The translations under genes were made by a program, and so were the position numbers. Below are positions 17,600-25,926 of a DNA stretch of 34,605 nucleotides, one piece after another. Within the stretch, counting starts at the first letter, position 1. Each line of letters starts with the position of its first letter. The stretch covers positions 14,870 to 49,474 of the forward strand of contig CAZBEA010000001.1 of NCBI GenBank assembly GCA_964490835.1, given 5' to 3'. Under the pieces are notes generated by a model. The model was given only the letters and a program-made list of their open reading frames with translations, was not told the origin of the DNA and ran no database searches. This DNA comes from an uncultured Gammaproteobacteria bacterium (GTDB lineage: Bacteria > Patescibacteriota > Microgenomatia > Levybacterales > GWA1-39-11).

Positions 17600-18484
17600 A
17601 TGAATCAAATGGCAAACGGTACAAATCCAATAAAGATGCGTGACGCGCACAGTGAATTTCAGAATTATCTGAAAGGCAAAAAGCGTGCTTCAGCTACTAT
17701 TCTCGCATACGGCAAGGATATTGATCAATTAGTAAGCTTTTTGGAAGACCTGAACAAGCATAATGTTCATGAGGTTTCAAGCAGCGACATTCAGGCATTT
17801 CTAACCAAACTTCAAGGCGACGGGTACACCCCCAAATCACTGTCACGCAAACTCAATTCGACTCGAACATTCTATCGATATCTTAAAATCTCGGAAATGG
17901 TAACAGATGACCCGTCTCTCATAGTTGAGCATCCAAAATATGAACTTAACCCGCCTCGAATATTAACACCGCTTGAGTATCGAGCTCTCAGAGACGCAGC
18001 TTCAAGTGACGGAAGGATTTATGCGATTATCGAAGTTCTCCTCCAAACCGGAATTAGAATCGGTGAGCTCGCAAATCTCCGAACGAGTGACATCAGAACA
18101 AGTACGCTTTTTATTAGAGCTCAAGAAGGTCATCCTGAGCGCGAGGTCCCGATGAATAAAAGAGCATCGGATGCGCTGGACCGATACATAAAAACACGAC
18201 CTCAAACTTCAGATGATCATGTGTTTGTCACCAAAACAGGGAAACCCTTTTTAGTCCGAAACATACGAGATGCGATTGAGCGATATTTTAGAAAAGCAGG
18301 AATTGAGAATGCCAAAATTAACGATCTGCGCCATACATTTGTTGCACATCATTTGAAGAACGGTGTTTCGATTATTTTTCTTTCGAAGGTACTCGGACAC
18401 AAAAGACTCTCTTCGACCGAAAGATATCTCCAATTCATCAAAGATAACAAGTCAGGTAACACTACCAATCTTCTCGAGCTGTAA
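17600..18484 (+). CDS. Tyrosine site-specific recombinase, XerC/XerD-like
   Basis: 294 aa. It has an N-terminal SAM-like core-binding domain. The catalytic residues are visible: GIRIGELANLR, LRHTFVAHHL, LGHKRLSSTERYL (R, H-x-x-R, H, Y). Confidence 0.85.
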   Translation: MNQMANGTNPIKMRDAHSEFQNYLKGKKRASATILAYGKDIDQLVSFLEDLNKHNVHEVSSSDIQAFLTKLQGDGYTPKSLSRKLNSTRTFYRYLKISEMVTDDPSLIVEHPKYELNPPRILTPLEYRALRDAASSDGRIYAIIEVLLQTGIRIGELANLRTSDIRTSTLFIRAQEGHPEREVPMNKRASDALDRYIKTRPQTSDDHVFVTKTGKPFLVRNIRDAIERYFRKAGIENAKINDLRHTFVAHHLKNGVSIIFLSKVLGHKRLSSTERYLQFIKDNKSGNTTNLLEL

Positions 18485-18531
18485 TTTCCGGCACCAAATT
18501 CGCGTCAAAACTTGCATTTTTTTAGCCTTTT

Positions 18532-19098
18532 ATGCATAAATTGATGTATATGACCGAATCTGCTCATCACGATCATCATCCCGCAGAGCATCGACACCAT
18601 GAAGATACAATTCGAACTCTTCTCTCCTGGAGTGCGCCGGGCAGACCTTACACAAAAAAGGGTAGGGAGTTTTATGCCTCAGTAATTCTTCTTGTTCTTC
18701 TTATAAGTATTATTTTGTTTCTATTTCATGAGTACGTTTTAATGCTCACTGTTTTTGCACTCACTTTTTTGTCGCTTGCGCTGGCGTCTGTTGCTCCGCG
18801 AGATTTTCATTACCGCATTAGTAATCAGGGAGTGAAATTTGAGGATAACTTTTTTTTATGGAAAGAATTGTATGATTTTTACTTTAAGAGAATTTCCGGA
18901 ATGGACGTTTTGGTTATTCGTACCGAGGCGTATATTCCAGGTGAAATACAAATGTGTCTTGGGGACTTGAGTCGCGAACACGTGAAGCAGGTTCTTGTTA
19001 AATACCTTCCGTACAGAGAGTACGTCAAAAGAACCTTTGTCGAGTCATCGGGCGATTGGCTAGCGAGAAACTTTCCTCTCGAGAAAAAGTCGGAATAA
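18532..19098 (+). CDS. Hypothetical membrane protein with a His-rich N-terminus
   Basis: 188 aa. The N-terminal segment ESAHHDHHPAEHRHHED is followed by two TM helices and a ~100-aa soluble C-terminal domain. I do not recognise the family. Several in-frame ATGs occur near the start. Confidence 0.55.
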   Translation: MHKLMYMTESAHHDHHPAEHRHHEDTIRTLLSWSAPGRPYTKKGREFYASVILLVLLISIILFLFHEYVLMLTVFALTFLSLALASVAPRDFHYRISNQGVKFEDNFFLWKELYDFYFKRISGMDVLVIRTEAYIPGEIQMCLGDLSREHVKQVLVKYLPYREYVKRTFVESSGDWLARNFPLEKKSE

Positions 19099-19156
19099 TT
19101 GCGAACTTTCTTCAAATCGAATACAATACTCTAGCTTGTTTTACAATAAAAGAAGT

Positions 19157-19229
19157 GCGCTTGTAGCTTAATGGATAGAGCATTGGATTGCGGATCCAAA
19201 GGTTGTGGGTTCGACTCCCGCCAGGCGCG
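19157..19229 (+). tRNA. tRNA-Arg(GCG)
   Basis: Hand-folded 73-nt cloverleaf. Acceptor GCGCTTG/CAGGCGC, D arm GCTT-AATGGATA-GAGC, anticodon stem TTGGA/TCCAA with loop TTGCGGA (G34 C35 G36, G37), and T arm GTGGG-TTCGACT-CCCGC. The discriminator is G and no CCA is encoded. Confidence 0.85.
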
Positions 19230-19289
19230 CATTTCATAAGTAAAAGCTTTTTTACACTTTGGTTTATTGAAATTTTTACGAAAGGAAAG

Positions 19290-19326
19290 CCTAATATGGT
19301 TTAGAGTGAGAGACATATTAGGTTTT
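19290..19326 (+). terminator. AT-rich hairpin plus TTTT between the two tRNA genes (terminator-like)
   Basis: CCTAATATG (19290-19298) pairs perfectly with CATATTAGG (19314-19322) around a 15-nt loop, followed by TTTT (19323-19326). The large loop and weak stem make its function uncertain. Confidence 0.3.
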
Positions 19327-19330
19327 GCTG

Positions 19331-19414
19331 GGAGGGTTGGTCCGAGTGGTTTAAGGCGCGAAACTCGAAATTTCGTCCCGCAAGGGAACACAGGTTCGAA
19401 TCCTGTACCCTCCG
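19331..19414 (+). tRNA. tRNA-Ser(CGA)
   Basis: Hand-folded. Acceptor GGAGGGT/ACCCTCC, 3-bp D stem, anticodon stem CGAAA/TTTCG with loop CTCGAAA, long variable arm (TCCC-GCAA-GGGA), and T arm ACAGG-TTCGAAT-CCTGT. The discriminator is G. Confidence 0.88.
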
Positions 19415-19487
19415 CACGTTCGCTTTGTTCGGTACAGGTAGTAACAGGCACGACTGAAGTACTGCCCAAGCGAGCAGCATAATTTTT

Positions 19488-20684
19488 ATGGATATATACG
19501 AACGCTCTATACAGTTTCACAAAAAGAAAAAAGGTAAATTAGAAGTTAAATCAAAAGTAGCTATCAGGACAAAGGACGATTTGTCTTTAGTTTACACCCC
19601 CGGAGTTGCCGGAGTTTCAAAAGCTATTGCCGAAGATCCGCTGCGGGCATACGACTTGACGATTAAAAATAATGCGGTAGCAATTATTTCCGATGGATCT
19701 GCGGTGCTTGGACTCGGGAATATCGGGCCCTATGCGGCAATTCCCGTTATGGAAGGGAAAGCAATTCTTTTTAAGGAATATGCGCGAATCGATGCATTCC
19801 CAATTACCGTACAAACGCAAAATCCATTCGAGGTGATCAATTTGGTCAAAAACATTGCTCCTGTTTTTGGTGGAATAAATCTGGAAGATATTGCCGCTCC
19901 AAGATGTTTTGAAATAGAAGATGCACTGCAAGATATAGGAATTCCGGTGTTTCATGATGATCAGCATGGGACGGCAATTGTGTTGCTTGCAGCACTTATT
20001 AATGCGGCAAAATTGGCTGGGAAAAAACTGACTGATTTGCGTGTCGTAATTAATGGTGCAGGAGCTGCCGGGACTGCCATTGCAAATCTATTGCTTTGTG
20101 TCGGTCATGATCCAAAAATTTGCGAACCGGTCAAAGAGATTATCGTTTGTGACTCCGGAGGTGTAATACATAAAACTCGTCCCGACATACAAAATAACGC
20201 GTGGAAAATGAGGCTTGCATCGATTACCAATAGGGGAGATAAGTCCGGTACTCTTCAAGAAGCGCTCGTTGGGGCAGACGTTTTTATCGGGGTTAGCACA
20301 GGGAACGTTTTAAAATCGACATGGATTAAGAAAATGGCAGAGAGACCTATTATTCTTGCAATGGCAAACCCAATTCCCGAAATTATGCCCGATGTCGCAA
20401 AGAAAGCCGGTGCTTTTATTGTAGGAACCGGGAGAAGCGATTTTCCAAATCAGGTAAATAATGTTCTTGCTTTTCCGGGAGTCTTCAGGGGTGCGCTCGA
20501 CGCGAGGGCAAAAGTAATCACAAATCATATGAAAATTTTGGCAGCATTTGCTCTTGCAAAGACTGTAAAGAACCCAACTGTCGATGAAATTCTTCCGTCT
20601 CCCCTTGATAAAACTGTGGCTCCGGCTATAGCGCGCGCTGTTGCCAAGGCATATCAAGAAGACCTTGCACTCGGAATGGCTTAA
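19488..20684 (+). CDS. NAD(P)-dependent malic enzyme (short, ~400-aa form)
   Basis: 398 aa. Motifs seen: LSLVYTPGVA, SDGSAVLGLGNIG, FGGINLEDI, HDDQHGTA, INGAGAAG, NPIPEI. These match the small prokaryotic malic enzyme family. Confidence 0.88.
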   Translation: MDIYERSIQFHKKKKGKLEVKSKVAIRTKDDLSLVYTPGVAGVSKAIAEDPLRAYDLTIKNNAVAIISDGSAVLGLGNIGPYAAIPVMEGKAILFKEYARIDAFPITVQTQNPFEVINLVKNIAPVFGGINLEDIAAPRCFEIEDALQDIGIPVFHDDQHGTAIVLLAALINAAKLAGKKLTDLRVVINGAGAAGTAIANLLLCVGHDPKICEPVKEIIVCDSGGVIHKTRPDIQNNAWKMRLASITNRGDKSGTLQEALVGADVFIGVSTGNVLKSTWIKKMAERPIILAMANPIPEIMPDVAKKAGAFIVGTGRSDFPNQVNNVLAFPGVFRGALDARAKVITNHMKILAAFALAKTVKNPTVDEILPSPLDKTVAPAIARAVAKAYQEDLALGMA

Positions 20685-20735
20685 ATCCCAAAACCTTTTC
20701 TTGAATTATAGTCACACAGTGATAGAATTATCGTT

Positions 20736-21026
20736 ATGCGATTTTCACCTGAGGGTATACCAAATTGTGGAGCGGATGTAGCGACATGGTCAACCGGAGT
20801 TGTGGACCCCGAATCCCCAATCTTTGACAGAAAAGGCTCCGCAGACTTCGCAGCATTAGTAAGTTGTGAAGGGTGTCCTCTGGATAACAAGGAATTTCCG
20901 AGCGAGGAAGTGCCGGTTGTTACGGATCTAAAACTTCAAGAATTTTTGGAAGCAAACTGTCCAAAATCTTCCTCACAAAGGCCTCGGTTTGACATGTCGT
21001 TCACCGAGTTGCCACCAAAGCAATAG
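20736..21026 (+). CDS. Hypothetical small protein (96 aa), no recognisable family
   Basis: This is the only sizeable ORF in the 360-nt gap between malic enzyme and NUDIX. An extended -10-like TGATAGAAT lies at 20719-20727, only 8 nt before the ATG, so it may be leaderless. There is no SD and no motif I recognise. A 69-aa antisense ORF overlaps it. Coding status is uncertain. Confidence 0.35.
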   Translation: MRFSPEGIPNCGADVATWSTGVVDPESPIFDRKGSADFAALVSCEGCPLDNKEFPSEEVPVVTDLKLQEFLEANCPKSSSQRPRFDMSFTELPPKQ

Positions 21027-21044
21027 CTCGGTTAGAATAGAAGT

Positions 21045-21479
21045 ATGAAATTTGAATTTTCTGCGGGAGGAATTGTTTTTAGAAAAGAAGATTCCCGGTT
21101 ACTTATTCTTGTTTCGCAGCATTCTCAGCATCATGGATGGGTTTTCCCAAAAGGATTTATTGGAGACACAATTGAAGGGGAGAGTAAGGAAAGTACTGCG
21201 GTTCGTGAGGTAAAGGAAGAGACGGGAATTGAAGCCGAAATTGTGGAAAAGCTGACTCCGGTTACGTATTGGTATGTAATGGATGGGGAGAAGAGAAAAA
21301 AAACCGTTTACTACTACATTATGAAGCATTTAGGAGGAAATATAGACCAGCGCGATCATGAGATGGAAGCGGTAGAGTGGTTGCCGGTAGACAAGGTTAT
21401 GGAGAGGCTCTCTTACGAAAGCGATAAGAAGGTGTATGAAGAAGCATTTCCTTTGATCGAGCGTATTGCAAATTCATAG
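21045..21479 (+). CDS. NUDIX hydrolase
   Basis: 144 aa with a clear Nudix box, GFIGDTIEGESKESTAVREVKEETGIEA (G-x5-E-x7-REVxEExGI). Confidence 0.88.
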   Translation: MKFEFSAGGIVFRKEDSRLLILVSQHSQHHGWVFPKGFIGDTIEGESKESTAVREVKEETGIEAEIVEKLTPVTYWYVMDGEKRKKTVYYYIMKHLGGNIDQRDHEMEAVEWLPVDKVMERLSYESDKKVYEEAFPLIERIANS

Positions 21480-21530
21480 GTCTTGATTCATAATTCAACC
21501 TCATAAGGCTTGCCCTGAGCGCAAACGAAG

Positions 21531-21617
21531 GGAGGGGTCGCATAGTGGCCTAGTGCGAGCGCTTGGAAAGTGCTTGTCGCCGCAAGGTGACCGGGAGTTC
21601 GAATCTCCCCCCCTCCG
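21531..21617 (+). tRNA. tRNA-Ser(GGA)
   Basis: Hand-folded 87 nt. Acceptor GGAGGGG/CCCCTCC, 3-bp D stem, anticodon stem AGCGC/GTGCT with loop TTGGAAA, long variable arm (GTCGCC-GCAA-GGTGAC), and T arm GGGAG-TTCGAAT-CTCCC. The discriminator is G. Confidence 0.88.
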
Positions 21618-21637
21618 CAGTTGCCACGTTTGTGAGA

Positions 21638-23161
21638 ATGAAATTTGTTGATCTATTCCACCTGCCTAAAATACCTCGCTACATATTATTAATAGTTGGT
21701 ATTACCTTTGTCTTTTGTGTATCGATTGCTCTTGATATAACTCCGCTTTTAAGAGGTCCAGAGGTATGGCCATTTGGGTGGAGGTGGGAATACTCGTTCA
21801 CCAATACTTTGTGGAAATTGCCAATCCCAATTATTGCTGCTTCGATAATTTTTTATTTTTTTGCACGGTACGATGGAAGAACTGAATTCATAAAACATAA
21901 TGAAAAGAAAATACTATTTCTATTCGTTTTTCTCGGATATTTTTTTCTTTTGTCAGTATTTCACTACAGCAGAGCAGGAGTTCCGGTTCTGCTTCACAGA
22001 ATTATTCATCAGGAAATAAATGGTTATTTTACAGAATCACTCAGTGTTACAAATCCCTTTGAATATCTAAAAAGTTATGCAGATATGCTTCCAACAAATG
22101 TGGGGCATGCAGTTAGTCACCCTGCAGGTTCTGTGCTTTGGTTTTGGGCTGCTAATCAAACAATCGAGAAAATACCTTACATCTCACATATTGGTAATTC
22201 TTTGGTTCCCGGAAGTGATACGGTTAGAATTTTATGGTTTGAGATGACAGCCCACGAACGAACCGCCGCGCTTTTTCATGCTATGGCAATACCTCTCCTG
22301 TCTTTTTTTACGCTTTTTCCGCTCTATTATCTTGTAAAGTATCTCTGTGGAGTGAACGTTGCTTTTAGGTCTGCCGTTTTCTACCTGTTTCTTCCGAACC
22401 TGATATTTTTTTCCCCAATCAACGATGTGTTGTTACCGCTGTTTGGTTTTGGGTCGCTGTATTTTGGAATAAAGGGTGTGGGGTGGTTCAGAAAAACACT
22501 GTCGGGTTTTATTTTATCTATTGGAGTATTTATGAGTTTGTCTTTATTCCCATTTGTAATAGTTTTATTCATATACCACTTCATCCGGTTTTTGAAAAAA
22601 AATTTCACTCTTACCTTTTTTATACTCGAGGCGGTCTATTTTCTCTCCGGTTTTCTTTTATTGCCCTTTTTTCTTTTGATCTTTTTCCATTACAATTCAA
22701 TCGAAGTAGCATACGTTGCCGCAAGTGTGCTTCCGGTTCGCCCTTATGCTGTCTGGGTATTTTACACATTTTATGACTTTTTTGTTTACACAGGGATACC
22801 TGCATCTATTTTGTACCTTGCAAGTATAAAGAATGTCTTAAGTGAGGTAAAAACAAAGACTCCAGAGCGAATAAATGTTTTTCTAGCAGCTTTTACTATT
22901 ACGTTTCTACTATTGATTCTTTCGGGAAAAGTTCAAGGAGAAATCGGTAGAATATGGATGATATTTTCGCCATTTCTCATAATCTTTGCTTCATACGTTG
23001 TAACGAGTAAAATACGGTTTTCAAAAAAAGCGTTTTTAATTATTCTAGTGATACAGCTTGTTCAAATCCTTGTTATGCAGGAGTTTTGGTTGATGGCAGA
23101 GTATGGTGATGAAAAGATAGTTCCGTTGAATTGTTTTTTTCGATCTCAGGTTTGTTTGTGA
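21638..23161 (+). CDS. Large polytopic membrane protein (possible GT-C-type glycosyltransferase; function unassigned)
   Basis: The 5' end of ORF 21563..23161 overlaps tRNA-Ser(GGA), so the start was moved to ATG 21638 (MKFVDLFHLPK...). It has more than 10 hydrophobic segments and a Phe/Leu-rich composition. The GT-C suggestion rests on architecture only. Confidence 0.6.
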   Translation: MKFVDLFHLPKIPRYILLIVGITFVFCVSIALDITPLLRGPEVWPFGWRWEYSFTNTLWKLPIPIIAASIIFYFFARYDGRTEFIKHNEKKILFLFVFLGYFFLLSVFHYSRAGVPVLLHRIIHQEINGYFTESLSVTNPFEYLKSYADMLPTNVGHAVSHPAGSVLWFWAANQTIEKIPYISHIGNSLVPGSDTVRILWFEMTAHERTAALFHAMAIPLLSFFTLFPLYYLVKYLCGVNVAFRSAVFYLFLPNLIFFSPINDVLLPLFGFGSLYFGIKGVGWFRKTLSGFILSIGVFMSLSLFPFVIVLFIYHFIRFLKKNFTLTFFILEAVYFLSGFLLLPFFLLIFFHYNSIEVAYVAASVLPVRPYAVWVFYTFYDFFVYTGIPASILYLASIKNVLSEVKTKTPERINVFLAAFTITFLLLILSGKVQGEIGRIWMIFSPFLIIFASYVVTSKIRFSKKAFLIILVIQLVQILVMQEFWLMAEYGDEKIVPLNCFFRSQVCL

Positions 23162-23170
23162 CCTAATTTT

Positions 23171-23536
23171 TTAGTTTGTGTATTTGGTCATTTGTGATAT
23201 TTGAGAAGAAGCGTGGTCTATTTGGTCAATTACGCGCTGTATGATTACAAAGCGATCTCCGAACGTGAGCCCCTGGATCGTTGAGCCGGAAAGAAATCCT
23301 GTTACCAGATCAGAGCGAATTATTCCCGTGAGCATAACAAAGATTACAAGCATCATACCGAAAATCATCCAATGGTGAAAATGAATACTGTGATTGGCGA
23401 TAATAAGCCTTACTTCAGGCGAGAAGTGGACATTTTTGATACTAAAATGAGGAAGTCTTTTTCTAACAGGAGATCTGTGTGTGGAGGTTATGCTGAACAG
23501 GGCAAAGCCAATCACGCCCCCGAGGAATGTATCCAT
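23171..23536 (-). CDS. Hypothetical small membrane protein
   Basis: The ORF reaches a TTG at 23554, but ATG 23536 (MDTFLGGVIGFALF...) is more likely. It has two or three TM segments and no recognisable family. Confidence 0.5.
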   Translation of the reverse strand: MDTFLGGVIGFALFSITSTHRSPVRKRLPHFSIKNVHFSPEVRLIIANHSIHFHHWMIFGMMLVIFVMLTGIIRSDLVTGFLSGSTIQGLTFGDRFVIIQRVIDQIDHASSQISQMTKYTN

Positions 23537-23631
23537 ATTTTTTGATGCTAGCAAACATACATTTTTTTGTCAAATTTCAAGGCTAATTTTAATTCAAATA
23601 TGGTACAATAACGGTTGCGCGGGTTTTTCGC

Positions 23632-23704
23632 GGCTGGGTAGCTCAGCGGTTAGAGCACTGCATTCATAACGCAGCGGTCGTGGGTTCAATTCCCACCCCA
23701 GCTA
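23632..23704 (+). tRNA. tRNA with anticodon CAT (elongator Met, or Ile2 if lysidine-modified)
   Basis: Hand-folded 73 nt. Acceptor GGCTGGG/CCCAGCT (G1-U72 wobble), D arm GCTC-AGCGGTTA-GAGC, anticodon stem CTGCA/CGCAG (A31 x C39 mismatch) with loop TTCATAA, and T arm GTGGG-TTCAATT-CCCAC. The discriminator is A. Confidence 0.85.
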
Positions 23705-23755
23705 CATGTTCGCTTCGCTTGGCGCAGACACAGTTTTCAACTCGCATTTATCTAC

Positions 23756-24544
23756 ATGAACACAAATCCAATTGGTATTTTTGACTCAGGTATCGGAGGA
23801 TTGAGTATCCTACAAGAAGTAAAGAAACTCCTTCCCAACGAAAGCATTCTTTACCTTGCAGATTCTATGAACTGTCCCTATGGCGGCAGGTCGAAGGAGG
23901 AAGTCTACGAACTTGCCCGCACTAAAGTTTCCTACCTGTCCAGTCGTCATGTAAAACTTATTATCCTTGCTTGCAACACTGTAACGGTAACGTGTATTGA
24001 CAGGCTGAGGGCAGATTTCCCAAATATTCCCATCGTTGGAATCGTGCCTGTTGTGAAAAAAGCAGCTGAGCAAAGCAAGAGTAAAAAAATTGGCATTTTA
24101 TCCACCTCAACGACCTCCAAGAGCGAGTATCAGGCCTCGCTTATTCAGTGCTATGCAGCAGATTGTGAAGTAATTTCAATTGGAACCGATGAATTGGTTC
24201 CTCCAATCGAAAAAGGCGAGACTGAAACTCAAGAGTTTGAGGGTATACTTGAGCAGACGCTTCGCCCGTTCAGAGATAGTCAAATTGACACGCTTGCCTT
24301 GGGATGTTCGCATTTCCCACTTGTTAAGGAAAAAATCCAGAGCATTGTTGGGAAAAATGTTGTAATCCTTGATTCCGGAGGAGCTGTGGCTCGTCATGTC
24401 CAACGAATCCTTCTGAAAGAAAATCTGGCATCGGACAATATCCAGCCTCAATATGAATACATAACTTCAGGCAGCGTAGAGAGCTTTACAGATGCGATTC
24501 AGAATGTAATGGGCGAAAAGAATGCTACAATACGATCAATATGA
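23756..24544 (+). CDS. murI: Glutamate racemase
   Basis: 262 aa. Motifs seen: IGIFDSGIGGLS, catalytic-Cys contexts DSMNCPYG... LACNTV and LGCSHFP. An ATGA overlap links it to murD. Confidence 0.92.
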   Translation: MNTNPIGIFDSGIGGLSILQEVKKLLPNESILYLADSMNCPYGGRSKEEVYELARTKVSYLSSRHVKLIILACNTVTVTCIDRLRADFPNIPIVGIVPVVKKAAEQSKSKKIGILSTSTTSKSEYQASLIQCYAADCEVISIGTDELVPPIEKGETETQEFEGILEQTLRPFRDSQIDTLALGCSHFPLVKEKIQSIVGKNVVILDSGGAVARHVQRILLKENLASDNIQPQYEYITSGSVESFTDAIQNVMGEKNATIRSI

Positions 24545-25908
24545 ACGAATTTAAAGGCCGTAAAATAGCAATTTTAGGACTTGGCGCCGAGGGGAATTCT
24601 CTTATTGAATACTTGTCCGATTCCGGAGCGGAGTTGTTTGTGTTTGATGAAAAAGCCCCACAGGATCTTGAGTCATCTTTTGTAACGACAGCGCAGGAAA
24701 AAGGTATACCGATTACTTCCCAACCATTTGAGTCAGTCGACCTAAAAGGATTTGACATTGTCTTTCGAAGTCCTGGGGTAAGGCTTACGGTCCCCCCAAT
24801 CCAAGAAGCCCTAAAGGCGGGAGTGAGAGTTTCATCCGCCACAAAGTTATTTTTCGAGAAATGCCCGGCTCCGATTGTCGGTGTGACAGGAACAAAAGGT
24901 AAAGGAACTACATCGACGCTGATTTATGAAATGTTAAAAAAAGGGGGTAAAAATGCATTTTTGGGAGGCAATATTGGAACGCCGCCGCTTGGATTTCTCA
25001 AAGATATTACTCCCGAATCTGTTGTGGTTTTGGAATTATCCAGTTTTCAACTTCAAGACCTTGAGGTGAGCCCGCATATTGCCGTGCTCTTGATGATTAC
25101 GAGTGAGCACATGGATTGGCACGAAAGCGTTGAGGAGTACGTTGATGCGAAGCGGAATCTGCTCAGATTTCAAAATACAGACGATTTTGCTATCGTAAAC
25201 CACGATTACCCTGCATCAAATGAAAGCGATATTTACACCGATGCAAAAGTATATAAAGTAAGCCGTGAACAAAAAGTCGAGCAGGGGTGTTATGTTCTAA
25301 ATGATGAAATCTTTCTTAAAATGCGAGATAAAGAGGAAAAGATTTTAGATGTGAAAGACGTTGCACTTCCCGGCAGTCATAACTTGGAAAATGTATGTGC
25401 CGCGATTCTGGCGGCAAGCATGGCTGGTGTCGATATAAAATCCATTATTCCGGTGGTTAAGGAATTTACCGGGCTTCCGTACAGGCTCGAATTAATCAGT
25501 ACCGTCAAGGGTGTGAAGTATTACAACGATTCTTTTTCAACCACCCCAGAGACTGCAATTGCCGCAATCGAGAGTTTTGATAATCCCGAAATCCTTATTC
25601 TTGGAGGCTCGAGTAAAAATAGTGACTTCTCAGAATTGGCAGAGACTATTCATGCATCCGAAAACATAAAGGCAATTATAGGGATTGGAGAAGAGTGGGA
25701 GCGCATAAAAGAAGCTATTGGGAAAATTCCGGGTCACATAATTATTATGGAAAATATTCATACCATGAAGGAAGCAGTGAAAAGAGCACAGGCATTGGCC
25801 GAGCTTGGAGATATCGTAATTCTATCTCCAGCTTGTGCTTCTTTTGGGATGTTCAAGAACTACAAAGACAGGGGAAATCAATTTAACGACGAGGTGAGAT
25901 CTCTGTAA
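24541..25908 (+). CDS. murD: UDP-N-acetylmuramoyl-L-alanine--D-glutamate ligase
   Basis: 455 aa. It has an N-terminal Rossmann-like ILGLGAEG, the Mur ligase P-loop GVTGTKGKGTT, and the C-terminal DSFSTTPE / SPACASFD-like (SPACASFGMF) motifs. Confidence 0.9.
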   Translation: MNEFKGRKIAILGLGAEGNSLIEYLSDSGAELFVFDEKAPQDLESSFVTTAQEKGIPITSQPFESVDLKGFDIVFRSPGVRLTVPPIQEALKAGVRVSSATKLFFEKCPAPIVGVTGTKGKGTTSTLIYEMLKKGGKNAFLGGNIGTPPLGFLKDITPESVVVLELSSFQLQDLEVSPHIAVLLMITSEHMDWHESVEEYVDAKRNLLRFQNTDDFAIVNHDYPASNESDIYTDAKVYKVSREQKVEQGCYVLNDEIFLKMRDKEEKILDVKDVALPGSHNLENVCAAILAASMAGVDIKSIIPVVKEFTGLPYRLELISTVKGVKYYNDSFSTTPETAIAAIESFDNPEILILGGSSKNSDFSELAETIHASENIKAIIGIGEEWERIKEAIGKIPGHIIIMENIHTMKEAVKRAQALAELGDIVILSPACASFGMFKNYKDRGNQFNDEVRSL

Positions 25909-25926
25909 CTTTGATACAATACAGAT

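Noticed and set aside
17600-19414. A tyrosine recombinase adjacent to three tRNA genes, as a possible integrative-element boundary
   Set aside because: The protein has XerC/D size and architecture. Flanking genes are housekeeping. I found no repeat of any tRNA 3' segment that could serve as attL/attR, and no phage or conjugation genes.
19131-19520. A 129-aa minus-strand ORF and a 71-aa plus-strand ORF (19267..19482) in the ORF track
   Set aside because: Both lie across tRNA-Arg(GCG) and tRNA-Ser(CGA), whose cloverleaves fold cleanly. The ORFs are by-products of the tRNA sequences.
20827-20916. RNase P RNA-like or SRP-like motifs (ACAGAAAAGGCT at 20827-20838; GAGGAAGTGCCGG at 20904-20916) in the gap after the malic enzyme gene
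   Set aside because: The matches are imperfect. They occur in the wrong 5'-3' order for RNase P RNA (the CR-I-like motif lies downstream of the CR-IV-like motif). No P4 pairing or GNAR tetraloop context could be built.
21563-21637. The N-terminal 25 codons of the 532-aa membrane-protein ORF
   Set aside because: This segment is the 3' half of tRNA-Ser(GGA) (21531-21617). The first ATG after the tRNA (21638) precedes the first TM helix.
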